Shown here one piece after another: positions 41,513-51,973 of a stretch of 63,489 nucleotides of DNA (the stretch's first letter is position 1; the number at the start of each line of letters is the position of its first letter). The notes below the pieces were generated by a model. That model saw nothing but the letters and a program-made list of their open reading frames with translations. It searched no databases and was not told where the DNA came from. Made by a program: the position numbers and the translations under genes. The stretch spans positions 1 through 63,489 of the IMG/VR virus record IMGVR_UViG_3300050029_000088, one strand, 5' to 3'. The stretch comes from a virus (Duplodnaviria; Caudoviricetes).

Positions 41513-41937
41513 TCTACCACGGCAAGGAACGGAATAGCTTGGCCGACCTACCGGCGGTCGTGAAGCGCACGGTCAAGACTCTCAAGGCCGCGCTGCTCAC
41601 GGAGGACTTCGACTGCATCGGCGTCTCAGGGATGTCCGGCGTCGTTGTCGGCGTGCCGGTCGCGCTCGCGCTCAAGGTGCCCTGCGTGATCGTGCGCAAG
41701 CAGTCCGATATGGACGACAGTCACGCGACCTACTCCATTCTCAACCGGGACAACATCGGGAAGCGCATCCTGTTCCTCGATGATTTCGTCGGGTGCGGAG
41801 GGACGCGGGCTCGGGTGGTCGAGAAGGTGCAGGGCGTCTCCGGCGTGCGGGTGGTTGCGGAGTACCTCTACAAAGACGAGGAATACAACCCGGCTCCGCG
41901 AGGAGGATTCTCTCCGACAGGCGGCTGGGATGGCTGA
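41509..41937 (+). CDS. type I phosphoribosyltransferase
   Basis: PRPP-binding loop ILFLDDFVGCGGT; IVRK. Confidence 0.85.
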   Translation: MIYHGKERNSLADLPAVVKRTVKTLKAALLTEDFDCIGVSGMSGVVVGVPVALALKVPCVIVRKQSDMDDSHATYSILNRDNIGKRILFLDDFVGCGGTRARVVEKVQGVSGVRVVAEYLYKDEEYNPAPRGGFSPTGGWDG

Positions 41938-42020
41938 GTGGGCCGAGCTTCGGCGCATCGGGCTCGTGGTCGGAATCGACATCGACACGCAGGCCGGAAT
42001 GGACACCGTGATCGGCATGA

Positions 42021-42034
42021 CCCTCGAACGAGGG
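42021..42034 (+). promoter_or_regulatory. CCCTC-N4-GAGGG box with TTGACT-N17-GATAAT promoter
   Basis: CCCTCGAACGAGGG-A-TTGACT...GATAAT. Confidence 0.75.
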
Positions 42035-42460
42035 ATTGACTTATTGGACGAGGATGCCGATAATGAGAGTGTGGAAACTACGAAGGGAGCATCATGGCAA
42101 GCCTCGCACCCGTGCGAGTGACAGACGAGGAGCGCAAGCACGGCACTCGGAACGAGGTCGTGCGCCTGCTCAATCAGGTCGAGTCCCTGCTCACCGGCTG
42201 GGTACTCAAGGAAGATCGCGACGAGGTAGCTCGCCTGACCGGCCCGCTCTATGAGATGGCCGACCCGACCCCGGACGGTCAGTGATGGCGAGCAAGGCCG
42301 TCCATCTCGGGATCAACCGGGGCTACGCGGCCCGGTACTACCCGAAGCGTGTGAAGGGCCAGGGCATCTACGCCGACCAACTGCCGGGGATGCCGCGCGG
42401 TGTCCACGCGGCTCGCGGCCCCGGTGACGTGCCGTGCCGGTGCGGGCGGTGCTCGTCCCG

Positions 42461-42790
42461 ATGAGCACGGAGACTCCCGACACGGTGGAGCAGTGGGCTC
42501 CTCAGTTCGCCTTCTTCGCCGGGACGACCAACGCCAAGTTCACGGACGCGCAGATTCTCGCGATGGCCGTGAGCCCCGGCGGCGATTGGTGCAATCTCTG
42601 TAATGCGCCCGTGCCCGAGGGCGAACTTGCCGAGCGGCACGTCAAGCAGCACGGACGCGAGCTTCGCGAGTGGCGCAAGCGCCGTCGGCGCGAGGCAGAG
42701 AAGCGCAGCATCTCAGGGCTCAAGGCGGCTCGGGCAGAGAAGAAGCTCGCAGCCGAAACGATCAACGAACCGACAGAGGAGGACGAATGA
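42461..42790 (+). CDS. zinc-finger-like basic protein
   Basis: WCNLC...RHVKQH; Arg-rich. Confidence 0.55.
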   Translation: MSTETPDTVEQWAPQFAFFAGTTNAKFTDAQILAMAVSPGGDWCNLCNAPVPEGELAERHVKQHGRELREWRKRRRREAEKRSISGLKAARAEKKLAAETINEPTEEDE

Positions 42791-43040
42791 AGATCGGAGA
42801 GGTTGACATCGGAAAGGAGTATGGGGCTCTCGACAACCCGAAGCGGTCACACTGGCATCCGAGCAGGTTCGGGTCGATGCCGAGGTCGCACTCACCGAGC
42901 GGGTCAAGGCGCTCGTCGGGCGCAAGCCCGAGTACGGCACCTGGATCGTGAAAGTCCGCACCGGGGGCTCCACGGAGTTGCAGATTCACGACGGCACGCT
43001 CGACAAGCTCCTCGCGCTGGCCGAGGCAGGAAAGAAGTGA
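42787..43040 (+). pseudogene. frameshifted small gene
   Basis: The start (GAGGAGG-ATG) and the GC3-rich 3' half are in different frames. Confidence 0.45.
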
Positions 43041-43341
43041 GAGGCCGAGGCCGCACCCGCTCGCGCAGCTTGAAGACGGGCTACGTGGACGTGGTGGACG
43101 TGGGGAGCGGGGGTCAGGGCATCCCGATCCCCCGCTACGACATCATGCGCCGCGACGGGCGAGGTCGTATGTTCGTCGCGGCGGTCTACTCGAAGGCACG
43201 CGAGGCGCTCGCGGTCGTCCGCGAGGACGACATCATCGTCTCGACGGTAGTGGACGAGCAGGGACGGAAGACCGTCCGGCAGTGCTGGCCGCAGCCGTTC
43301 ACTGGCGAGCGTCAGCAAACTGCACTACGATTGGAGGAGAC

Positions 43342-44019
43342 ATGATTCTGGAACGAGAGCAGGGGGACGCAACATTCAAGATCACGCTTGAGGTCGGAGA
43401 CGTGCTCGACGTGGCCGTGCCTGGCCCGGCCGGAGGCATCCCGAGTGCGATCAATCTCTACACGCACACTGCCGAAGGCCACTCCTTTGCGATTCACGAT
43501 TCTGACAACGGGTGCGTGCGGTTCTCGGTGCTCGTGGACTTCGAGGAGACAGCGGACGCCAAGATATTCACCCGAGCGGTTCGGGAGAGCCCGTATCTCG
43601 TCTACCTCTCCGACCCCGGACTGACGCCTCCGCCTAAAGGCACGCGCTTCTTCCTCTCGCGTGATCGTAAGACCGGGTTCGCCATCTTGCCCGACGGCGA
43701 CCTGTGCAATGTCTTCCGCAATCCCGGTGGTGCGGTTGGCTCCGGCAAGACCGCCGTTGCTCGCGCGATCAAGGAGGGTGCGGTCACGCTTGACGCCTAC
43801 GACGGGTTTCTGACGAACTACTACGCGAGCTTCGGGTTCCGCGTCGTTGGGAGGATGAAATGGATTGACGAGTACGCGCACCCGGATTGGGACTATGCCA
43901 GGTACGGCAAGCCCGACGTGGTGTTCATGGCCCTCAACGCTGATGCGCCCGTTCGGGTATTCTCCGACTGGGACGAGGCCAAAGCGTACGCGAGGGAGGT
44001 AGCGGTTGCCAATAGCTGA
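43342..44019 (+). CDS. hypothetical protein with GNAT-like C-terminal motif
   Basis: LDAYDGFLTNYYASFGF..YAHPDWDY..PDVVFM. Confidence 0.6.
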   Translation: MILEREQGDATFKITLEVGDVLDVAVPGPAGGIPSAINLYTHTAEGHSFAIHDSDNGCVRFSVLVDFEETADAKIFTRAVRESPYLVYLSDPGLTPPPKGTRFFLSRDRKTGFAILPDGDLCNVFRNPGGAVGSGKTAVARAIKEGAVTLDAYDGFLTNYYASFGFRVVGRMKWIDEYAHPDWDYARYGKPDVVFMALNADAPVRVFSDWDEAKAYAREVAVANS

Positions 44020-45529
44020 GATTCACGAGGGAGCGATTCGCGTCTATCTGCCGGACGGGCAGGTAGACGCGCCGCTCTCGTGGGATTCCTGTCTCCTGCT
44101 CCGTGAGACACACGGCGCTGAGCTACAGGTCGGCCCGCTGCTCAATGAGTGGGCGCTCGCGCACCGCCCGCTTGACCTACCGGGAACGTGGCGAATGGAC
44201 ACCGGGGACTGCCGCGACCTGCTCAGGCGTCTTCCAGACGCCTGTGCCGACTCCGTGGTCTGCGATCCTCCCTACGAACTCGGGTTCATGGGCAAGAAGT
44301 GGGACGCCTCGGGCATCGCCCACGACGTGGAGATGTGGGCTCAGGTGCTCCGCGTGCTTAAGCCCGGCGGACACCTGCTCGCCTTCGGCGGCACGCGCAC
44401 CTACCACCGGCTCACCTGCGCCATCGAGGACGCGGGCTTCGAGATTCGGGACTGCCTCGCTTGGATGTACGGGCAAGGCTTCCCGAAGTCGCTCGACGTG
44501 TCGAAAGCCATCGACAAGGCGGCGGGAGCGGAGCGCAAGGTTACAGGCATCCGAAAGTTCGCAGATGGGACGAAGGCCCGGAGAACGGCTGGCGGTGCGG
44601 GAGTGCCCGGTAGTGGCGCGTCAGGACAAGCCGAACTTACGGCCCCGGCCACTCCCGAGGCCGAGCAGTGGGAGGGATGGGGCACCGCCCTCAAGCCCGG
44701 ATTCGAGCCTATCGTGCTCGCCCGCAAGCCGTTCAAGGGCACCGTCGTCAAAAACGTGCTCGAACATGGGACAGGCGCGATCAACGTGGACGGGTGCCGG
44801 ATCGGAACGACGAAGGACGTGCCCGCCAGTATCAGTAAACACACGGCACGTGACGAGGGCGTGTACGAGGTAAACCGAGACGGGTCGTGGGCGGGCGAGC
44901 CGGGCGGCGCGGGAAGCGGGCACGACCCGAATACTGGCCGATGGCCCGCCAACGTCGTGCTCTCGCACACGGAGGATTGCATGCTCGTCGGCGAACGGAA
45001 GGACTCCCCGGAGGATTACGGACAGTACGCGGGCGGCTACGCCGACGCCGATGGTAAGGAAACAGTCGAGGCATGGGACTGCTCCCCCGACTGCCCGGTA
45101 CGGATGCTGAATGAGCAGAGCGGAGAGTCAAAACCAAAGCCAAGACGGACAGGTAAAAAGGGCGGGAATAGTGGCGCGCTCGGGCAGTTTGCAGGCTCCA
45201 CACCGGATGCAGAAGGGGTGTGGCCCGCTGATCCTGGCGGCGGAGCCTCCCGGTTCTTCTACTGCGCCAAGGCGAGCAAGCGGGAGCGGAACGCGGGTGT
45301 AGAGAAAAACGCGCACCCAACCGTCAAACCGCTTGCGCTTATGCGTTGGCTCACCCGGCTCGTGACGCCGCCCGGCGGGTTCGTGCTCTGCCCGTTTGGA
45401 GGCTCGGGATCGGGAGGCGCGGCTGCCGTACTGGAAGGGTTCCGATGGCTCGGGTTCGAGCTTGACCCGGAGTATGTCAAGATCGCCAACGCAAGGATCA
45501 CCTACTGGGAGGTAGAGAGTGGAGACTGA
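44006..45529 (+). CDS. DNA amino-methyltransferase (N6A/N4C, beta-type order)
   Basis: DPPY, RVLKPGG, HPTVKP, VLCPFGGSG, FELDPEY. Confidence 0.92.
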   Translation: MPIAEIHEGAIRVYLPDGQVDAPLSWDSCLLLRETHGAELQVGPLLNEWALAHRPLDLPGTWRMDTGDCRDLLRRLPDACADSVVCDPPYELGFMGKKWDASGIAHDVEMWAQVLRVLKPGGHLLAFGGTRTYHRLTCAIEDAGFEIRDCLAWMYGQGFPKSLDVSKAIDKAAGAERKVTGIRKFADGTKARRTAGGAGVPGSGASGQAELTAPATPEAEQWEGWGTALKPGFEPIVLARKPFKGTVVKNVLEHGTGAINVDGCRIGTTKDVPASISKHTARDEGVYEVNRDGSWAGEPGGAGSGHDPNTGRWPANVVLSHTEDCMLVGERKDSPEDYGQYAGGYADADGKETVEAWDCSPDCPVRMLNEQSGESKPKPRRTGKKGGNSGALGQFAGSTPDAEGVWPADPGGGASRFFYCAKASKRERNAGVEKNAHPTVKPLALMRWLTRLVTPPGGFVLCPFGGSGSGGAAAVLEGFRWLGFELDPEYVKIANARITYWEVESGD

Positions 45530-45761
45530 TACGTTCGTCGCACGAACGTACAACGTCGAGGTCGTCATCGTGATCGGTGCGGGCGACATTGACGAGGCCG
45601 ACAAGCTCGCGGAGCGGATCGCGGCGGACACCAAGAAGGCGTACGCCTACCGCATCGCGGGCGGGCCGGACGCCGTGGTCGCGGACTGCACCGTCGAGGC
45701 CATCGTCCCGAAACAACGGCCCGCGTAGGTAGACTGCGGGAAACGTCAACAAGGAGGAAAC

Positions 45762-46064
45762 ATGGACAGCGAAGCCACACTGCTCGGGGAGAAGACCCCG
45801 AGCAAAGAGGAGCGGACGCAGGAGTACCCGAAGCCACCCGAGCGGGTCTACCTGCGCCCGGTCGGCTACGGCGTCGAGTTGAACGGGGATGAGGTCAACC
45901 TCGGCCTGCTCATCTCGCCGCTCAAGTTCGTGCAGATCGAGATGCCCGGCCCGATGGCCGTCGAGGTCTTGCAGGACTTGCTCGCCACGCTCAAGCCGGG
46001 GCTCACTGCCGAGGGCAAGGCCGCGCTCATCGAGGCACTCACCGGGATCGTGACGGTCACATGA
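45762..46064 (+). CDS. hypothetical protein
   Basis: TAGACT promoter and AAGGAGG SD. Confidence 0.6.
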   Translation: MDSEATLLGEKTPSKEERTQEYPKPPERVYLRPVGYGVELNGDEVNLGLLISPLKFVQIEMPGPMAVEVLQDLLATLKPGLTAEGKAALIEALTGIVTVT

Positions 46065-46456
46065 GGGTCGAGAAGGACGGAGCCGCCACCATCTTCATCT
46101 TCTCGCGGCGCAACCTGCTCACTCTGCTCGCCAAGCTCGACGGGCATCCGCCCAACTCGGCGTGCAAGATCGGAGCCCCGCCCATGTACGGACACTACTG
46201 GGCTCGGGTCGAGGAGGACGACGTTCACTACGCGCACTCGGATCGGGACGAGCCCGGCGTCGGGCTCATGCCCGCCGGTCGGATGCACCCGGAGACGGAG
46301 CACGGTATCCGTGACCTTGCACTCACGCACGGGTACGCAGCAGTGGCCCCCATGCAGTCCGACGGGCAGGCACTTCTTGCCTTCCAGCGCGAGCAGGCGA
46401 CGATCATGGATCGCCCCGGATTCCCGGCTGACACTGTGCTCGATCCCCGCGACTAG
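46061..46456 (+). CDS. hypothetical protein
   Basis: SRRNLLTLLAKLD motif; coupled. Confidence 0.6.
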   Translation: MRVEKDGAATIFIFSRRNLLTLLAKLDGHPPNSACKIGAPPMYGHYWARVEEDDVHYAHSDRDEPGVGLMPAGRMHPETEHGIRDLALTHGYAAVAPMQSDGQALLAFQREQATIMDRPGFPADTVLDPRD

Positions 46457-46926
46457 GAGCGCATCATGGAGGGGCGTGGCTTGTAGTCGCTACCGTCTAC
46501 CAGCGGCAAGCCACGCTTCTCCCGGTAGTAGTTGCGCTGACGAAGCGCATGTGCTCGAACGCACTCAGGGCGACGGCATCTGTAGTTGTCGTAGCAGGTA
46601 GCCGACCCGTGACCTTGCGCTCGTGACCAGCGATGCGGAGTCTGCGTGTTTAGAAGGCGGCGTCCCTCGCTCTTGAGCCGGACGTACCACTGATACTCGG
46701 CTTCTCGTAGGTTCTCACCTTCGGGTACTGACTCAAGGATGACGTACCTCATCCTCGTGCCGACCGACTTCTTCCAGGCATCCACAAGAGGGCCGTGGCT
46801 GCCCATCACTCGCGCCTTCACATCACGGCACGTTGCCCCTACATAACGGATCGGCCCGTTCTTCACCTTTAGCCCGTAAACCGTTCCGCCGCCTGATCTT
46901 TTCGCGAATGGGTTGTGCTCCTCCAC
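46453..46926 (-). CDS. GIY-YIG endonuclease
   Basis: GTVYGL..IRYVG..R..E..LLN; HG..CY..CRRPEC tail; TAGCCT-N6-GTG. Confidence 0.8.
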   Translation of the reverse strand: MEEHNPFAKRSGGGTVYGLKVKNGPIRYVGATCRDVKARVMGSHGPLVDAWKKSVGTRMRYVILESVPEGENLREAEYQWYVRLKSEGRRLLNTQTPHRWSRAQGHGSATCYDNYRCRRPECVRAHALRQRNYYREKRGLPLVDGSDYKPRPSMMRS

Positions 46927-47006
46927 GAGTTGAGGCTATCATATCGGCGGGCCGCTGCGTGCTCTCTTTTGGTCGGTTTTCTTGATACGGGCTATAGTCC
47001 TGCCCC

Positions 47007-47597
47007 GTGGACGCGATCCGTCTAGCGAAACTACTCATCACCGAGACTTCCTCGGTCGATGACCCGGCGAACGAACTGCCGGGCTGGATCGTGCAGAAGG
47101 CAGCGGGCACCGGCCCGACTGCTCCAATCGTGGCGAAGATTCGGGACTTGATCCTGGGTGCGCCGCTCGAAGGAAAGGACGACATCGAAATGGATGCCGC
47201 AGAACTGACCGCGATCTTGGACGAGCGCATCGAGAAGGCGCTCGCCGCGAACGCGGACGCGGTTGCCAAGACGGTCGAACCTGCGCCTACGGGCGAGGTC
47301 GCGCCGGTCGTGGTTCCCGCAACTGAGGTCGCTCCGGCGACCGAGCCCGTCGCCATCGCTCCCGGCCTGACGGCCGAGGACGTGACGAAGGGTGTCAAGG
47401 AGGCCATCGAGCCTCTGCTCGAAGTGATCGACAAGGCACTCGACCGGATCGAGAACGTCGAGACGGCTCTCGGCTACGCGGCTCGCAAGAGCATCGAAGG
47501 CCAGGAGACGAACGAGGGTGCCGAGGGTGAGGACAAGACCCCCGACTTGGCCGACGCCATCGCAAAGGCGTTCCGACATCCGGCGAGCCGCCGGTAG
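47007..47597 (+). CDS. putative capsid scaffold/protease-partner protein
   Basis: ITETSSVDDPAN..WIVQK N-terminal motif; acidic helical body; directly upstream of the capsid gene. Confidence 0.7.
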   Translation: MDAIRLAKLLITETSSVDDPANELPGWIVQKAAGTGPTAPIVAKIRDLILGAPLEGKDDIEMDAAELTAILDERIEKALAANADAVAKTVEPAPTGEVAPVVVPATEVAPATEPVAIAPGLTAEDVTKGVKEAIEPLLEVIDKALDRIENVETALGYAARKSIEGQETNEGAEGEDKTPDLADAIAKAFRHPASRR

Positions 47598-47638
47598 CAG
47601 GCGCTAAACAGGCGCTCAGCAGAAAGGTAAGGAAGCAC

Positions 47639-48610
47639 ATGCTCAGTCTCGAAGCCCTGCTACAGAAGGCAGTCCTCAACGTCACCGGCCCCGGTGGCGA
47701 TGTAGGCGCAGCCGACTTCGGTGGAATCGGTCAGGCACCGCTCTCCATCGAGCAGGTCAAGGAGTTCATCGTCTTGATGTCGACCCAGCAGGTCATGCTC
47801 GGTCTAGTCAGGACAGTCACTTCGGGTGCCTCGAAGTGGCAGGAGTCCGTCATCGGCATCAACGACCGCGTGATGCACGCCGGTATCGAGGCAACTCGGC
47901 TGGCCGCTGCGGATCGCGGGAAGCCCGTCACGCAGATCGTGGAGCTTTCCACGGTGCTTCTGCGCGGCGAGTACCCCGTCTCGGACGAAGTGATGGAGGA
48001 CAACGTAGCTGGCACGCAGGTCGTCCAGTACGTGCAGTCCATCATGGGCGACCGGGCCGGTTTCGACATCGAAGACCTCATGGTCAACGGTGACACGACC
48101 GGAGGGGACGCCTACCTCGGCCTCCTCGACGGTTGGCTCAAGCAGGCCAACGACAACGGCCATGCGTTCTCGGGTGCCTCGTTCGGCCAGGACTACCAGG
48201 CCATCTTCAACGAGGCAATCAAGGCGCTGCCGTACAGGTATCTGCGCAACCTGGCAGACTACCGCTTCTTCGTCCCCAAGAGGATCGAGCAGAAGTACCG
48301 CGACATCCTTGCGAGCCGCATCGGCACGTACGGCGATGCCATGCTCACCGGGACGCAGGGGTTGACCTACCAGGGCGTCGAAATCGTGGGCGTGCCGTCC
48401 TTCGGCATCAAGTCCGGCTCGCCGGACTCGTCCTCGATCCTGTTCGCCAACAAGAACTCCCTCTACGCCGGGTATCACCGGGCGATCAAGATGGAGACGT
48501 GGCGTGACCCCCGCGAGGGCGCGACCTCGTTCGTCCTGACTGCCCGCGTCGATGCGAAGGTGGCAGTGCCGGATGCGGCCGTCGTCTTCAACACCGTAGA
48601 CGTGAGCTAG
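47639..48610 (+). CDS. major capsid protein
   Basis: 323 aa; EVMEDNV, DIEDLMVNGDT, DGWLK, TARVD pattern typical of HK97-fold XkdG-like capsids; strong terminator after. Confidence 0.88.
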   Translation: MLSLEALLQKAVLNVTGPGGDVGAADFGGIGQAPLSIEQVKEFIVLMSTQQVMLGLVRTVTSGASKWQESVIGINDRVMHAGIEATRLAAADRGKPVTQIVELSTVLLRGEYPVSDEVMEDNVAGTQVVQYVQSIMGDRAGFDIEDLMVNGDTTGGDAYLGLLDGWLKQANDNGHAFSGASFGQDYQAIFNEAIKALPYRYLRNLADYRFFVPKRIEQKYRDILASRIGTYGDAMLTGTQGLTYQGVEIVGVPSFGIKSGSPDSSSILFANKNSLYAGYHRAIKMETWRDPREGATSFVLTARVDAKVAVPDAAVVFNTVDVS

Positions 48611-48633
48611 GTCGAGCCACCACGTCAGACTGC

Positions 48634-48665
48634 CGAAGGGCCGCGCCAAGCGGCCCTTCGTCTTT
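48634..48665 (+). terminator. intrinsic terminator
   Basis: CGAAGGGCCGC/GCGGCCCTTCG followed by TCTTT. Confidence 0.8.
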
Positions 48666-48684
48666 CCTGCTAGACTTAGGTGCT

Positions 48685-48757
48685 AGCGGAGTGGAGCAGT
48701 TGGTAGCTCGCCGGGTTCATAACCCGGAGGTCGCTCGTTCGATCCGAGCCTCCGCTA
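48685..48757 (+). tRNA. tRNA-Met(CAT), initiator-like
   Basis: Full cloverleaf; anticodon arm CCGGG-TTCATAA-CCCGG with three G-C pairs; TTCGA T-loop; TAGACT upstream; no encoded CCA. Confidence 0.92.
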
Positions 48758-48762
48758 CTCCG

Positions 48763-49101
48763 ATGGGCTACAAAAGCCGCGCACTACAGAGGCAGTATCA
48801 GCGTATTTGGATCGCCCGACGACGAGCCGAGTTCTTCAAGGGCAAGGCGTGCGATACGTGTGGTGGCACTCAAGACCTCGAAATCCATCATCGGAACCCA
48901 CGGAAGAAGATAAGTCACCGCATTTGGTCTTGGAGGCGGAAGCGTCGAGAAGCGGAGCTAGTGAAGTGTGCTGTAAGATGTGAAACGTGCCACGTCAGTC
49001 ACCATGCAGACCTTTGCCGTCTTCCTTGTGTGCAGAACCGAGACGACTGTCGTTGCCGACGACGGCATCGAGTCATCGGTACGGTGTGTGAAATCGGATG
49101 A
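48763..49101 (+). CDS. HNH endonuclease
   Basis: CDTCG..LEIHHRNP..KC.VRCETCH. Confidence 0.8.
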   Translation: MGYKSRALQRQYQRIWIARRRAEFFKGKACDTCGGTQDLEIHHRNPRKKISHRIWSWRRKRREAELVKCAVRCETCHVSHHADLCRLPCVQNRDDCRCRRRHRVIGTVCEIG

Positions 49102-50399
49102 CGGACGAGGATCACATCGGGCAGGCACTCGCGAGGGAGCAACCCGAGGGAGTCTCGCCGTCCGAAGTTGAAGCACCGGAACCCGAGGCTACCACGGACG
49201 AGCGCTCACCGATCATGTGGTGGAGCAACGCGCCGTGGGTCGGCACGGGCTACGGGATGCAGACGGCTCTCATCGGCCCGCGTATTGCAGAGTACGGATA
49301 CCGGCTCGCATTCGGAGCCTTCTACGGACTTAAGGGGAGCCGCCAGGTCTGGACGGCTCCCGACGGCAAGCCATATGTGATATACCCTGGCGGGCGGGAC
49401 AACCACGGGAATGACGTGATGGCCGCGCATGCCCGGCATTGGTTCAAAGGAAAGAACGGAATCACCATTCTCCTATCCGACCCGTGGGTCATGCGGCCCG
49501 AGATTGCCGGGCGTGTGTCCTGCGTGGCATGGTGCCCGGTCGACCACGATCCTCTCATCCCGCGCACTCTGGATTGGTTCCGAATATCGCAGGCGATCCC
49601 GGTGGCGATGTCCCGGTTCGGGATGGGGGCGTTGGAGGAGGCCGGAGTTGAGGATGTCATGTACGCCCCGCACGGATTTGACCCCGGTGTCTTCGGGGCC
49701 ATCGACCGAGGCGCAGCACGCAAGGCGCTCGGCATCCCGCTCGATGCTTTCGTGGTCGGTATGGTCGCGGCCAACATCGGATCGCCGTCGCGCAAGTGCT
49801 TCTCGCAGGCGCTCTGCGCGTTCTCGGAGTTCCGGCTCAAGCGATCCGATGCCGTGCTCTACCTGCACACGCAGATGGAGCACCCGCTCGGAGAGAACAT
49901 CCCGACGCTCTGCGATGCGCTCGGCATCCGCCCGCTCACGGCGGATCAGTACGGGCTCATTCTAGGGACACCCGCGAAGGTCGTAGCTGCCACGGTAGCC
50001 GCCTTTGACGTGCTCCTCAACCCCTCGCAGGGCGAGGGCTTCGGCGTGCCGCTCGTGGAAGCGCAGGCGTGCGGGACGCCGTGCATCGTGTCGGACTTCT
50101 CCTCGATGCCCGAGGTCGCGCCCGCGAGCGAGGGCAACTGGAATGTCGCCGGGCAGCCGGTATGGACGGACTTCGACAGCTTCCAGGCCACTCCATTCAT
50201 CGAGGGAATCGTGGAGGCGCTCATCGAGGCCCACGACGAGCCCGAGGAGGCCCGGCTCATGCGGCGCATCGGCGTCCACGAGTGGGCCTACCAGGAATAC
50301 CAGGCCGACCACGTAGCCGAGTTCTGGAAGCCGATCATCCCGTGGGCGCTGGACGAGTTCAAGTGGCGTAGCAAGAGGGCCAACCGCCTGCCCACATGA
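49098..50399 (+). CDS. glycosyltransferase family 4 (GT-B)
   Basis: SNAPWVGTGYG, PHGFD, RK, PSQGEGFGVPLVEAQACG. Confidence 0.9.
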   Translation: MTDEDHIGQALAREQPEGVSPSEVEAPEPEATTDERSPIMWWSNAPWVGTGYGMQTALIGPRIAEYGYRLAFGAFYGLKGSRQVWTAPDGKPYVIYPGGRDNHGNDVMAAHARHWFKGKNGITILLSDPWVMRPEIAGRVSCVAWCPVDHDPLIPRTLDWFRISQAIPVAMSRFGMGALEEAGVEDVMYAPHGFDPGVFGAIDRGAARKALGIPLDAFVVGMVAANIGSPSRKCFSQALCAFSEFRLKRSDAVLYLHTQMEHPLGENIPTLCDALGIRPLTADQYGLILGTPAKVVAATVAAFDVLLNPSQGEGFGVPLVEAQACGTPCIVSDFSSMPEVAPASEGNWNVAGQPVWTDFDSFQATPFIEGIVEALIEAHDEPEEARLMRRIGVHEWAYQEYQADHVAEFWKPIIPWALDEFKWRSKRANRLPT

Positions 50400-51151
50400 T
50401 CGTCTCCCTGACCGCGTTCGAGCGTCCACGCTACCTGCGCGAGACGTTGGCACACTTCGCGGCGGCGGCGAGCAGCCTAGAGGAGCCGACCGTCGTGCTC
50501 GCGCAGGTCGAGCCAAGCGACAAGCTCGATGAAGTGCTCGCGCTGCTTGCGCCGTACCCGAACATCTATGTCCGGGTCAATGAGGAAAGGCTCGGGCTTC
50601 AAGCGAACACGCTAGCCGCGCTCGACTGGGCGTGGGGTGTGGCCGCAGTATCGGGCGACGGCTTCGTGCTTCATCTCGAAGACGACTTGCTAATCGCGCA
50701 CGATGGGCTCCGACTTGCAGCGTGGCTCCGCGACACGTACCGCGATGACGCGGATGCGCAGTTCGTCTCCCTGACCAACTGCGGGTCTACTCGCGCCAAG
50801 CTGTACGACCGATCAGTTCCTCCCCCCTCCGACTGGAATCGCGTGTGGAGGACGGATTGGTTCGAGTGCCATGTATGGGGAACCTGGACGCCGGAGTGGG
50901 AACGTCTGCGATCCGTGTGGCCGCACGAGCGCCGCGACCACTGGGCCGCTCGGGTAACCGAGGGCGAACTGACCGGACATCAAGTTCTGCCGGTGCTCTC
51001 GCGGTCGAAGTCCATCGGCATCGTGGGTCAACACTGCGAGCCCCATGCGCACGAGGAGCATAACCCGCTTGTGTGGGCCGACGACCTCGGGTTCCGAGTC
51101 CGAGGGGGATACGAGGAGTGCCCGCATGACTCCGCATACCGTCGGCTCTAA
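50396..51151 (+). CDS. GT-A fold glycosyltransferase
   Basis: TAFERPRYL, LHLEDD, WGTW, SRSKSIG. Confidence 0.7.
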   Translation: MIVSLTAFERPRYLRETLAHFAAAASSLEEPTVVLAQVEPSDKLDEVLALLAPYPNIYVRVNEERLGLQANTLAALDWAWGVAAVSGDGFVLHLEDDLLIAHDGLRLAAWLRDTYRDDADAQFVSLTNCGSTRAKLYDRSVPPPSDWNRVWRTDWFECHVWGTWTPEWERLRSVWPHERRDHWAARVTEGELTGHQVLPVLSRSKSIGIVGQHCEPHAHEEHNPLVWADDLGFRVRGGYEECPHDSAYRRL

Positions 51152-51232
51152 GCCCTCGTTCCTGTTCCGCGTCGTGCTCTGCACAAGGATCGCCTTGCAG
51201 ACCTGGAAGAAATCGTGGAGAATGTGGGGTAG

Positions 51233-51973
51233 ATGAACGTCGCCGTCATCACTACCGCCTACAACGTCGAGCCGTGGCTCGTGCAGTGCATCAACTCCGT
51301 CCGGGCTCAGACCGTACCACCTATGCAACACATTGTTGTAGACGATGGATCGACGGACGGGTCACTACTCCTTCTTCGGTCACTCGAAGGGTGCGGGAAT
51401 CCTCCTACGACTGTCTTGTCAATAACGAACCGAGGCACCGCTAACGCAGTGAACGCCGGGCTCATCGCGCTCGCGCCCGAGGTCGAGGCCGTGGCGTTCC
51501 TCGACGGCGACGATTGGTACGAGTCCAACTACATCGAGGCGTGCCTCGCGCATATGCACGAGGGCGATGCCGTGCTACCGGCGATCAACTTCCGTGAGGA
51601 GCGTACGACCTACGCTCGCGACACGTACGGCGTCCCGGCAAATACGCCGATCCTACGCAAGCCACTGCACCCGACGTTCGCGCAGACGTGGGAGTGCTGT
51701 AAGTCGCACTCATCCGCAATGTTCCACCGCCGCGTGCTCACGGAGATGGGCGGCTTGCACGGACTGATGGGCGCGGACTGGGATTGGGATATGTGGCTCG
51801 ATTTCCTTGCTCGCGGCTACCGGCTGGCCTACGCACCCGAGACGCATCTCAACTATCGGCTCCGCTGGGGCTCCAATAGTCGTCACGAAGGACGCGGAGA
51901 CAAACGCGAGGCCAACCGTGAGGAGATTCTTCGGCACCATGCGCTGACGTTCGCTAAGCTGGGGCTGACGTGA
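51233..51973 (+). CDS. glycosyltransferase family 2
   Basis: TAYN, VVDDGSTD, FLDGDD, DWDMW. Confidence 0.92.
   Translation: MNVAVITTAYNVEPWLVQCINSVRAQTVPPMQHIVVDDGSTDGSLLLLRSLEGCGNPPTTVLSITNRGTANAVNAGLIALAPEVEAVAFLDGDDWYESNYIEACLAHMHEGDAVLPAINFREERTTYARDTYGVPANTPILRKPLHPTFAQTWECCKSHSSAMFHRRVLTEMGGLHGLMGADWDWDMWLDFLARGYRLAYAPETHLNYRLRWGSNSRHEGRGDKREANREEILRHHALTFAKLGLT

Noticed and set aside
48691-48762. 5' part of ORF 48691..49101
   Set aside because: It overlaps tRNA-Met; the real start is the ATG at 48763.
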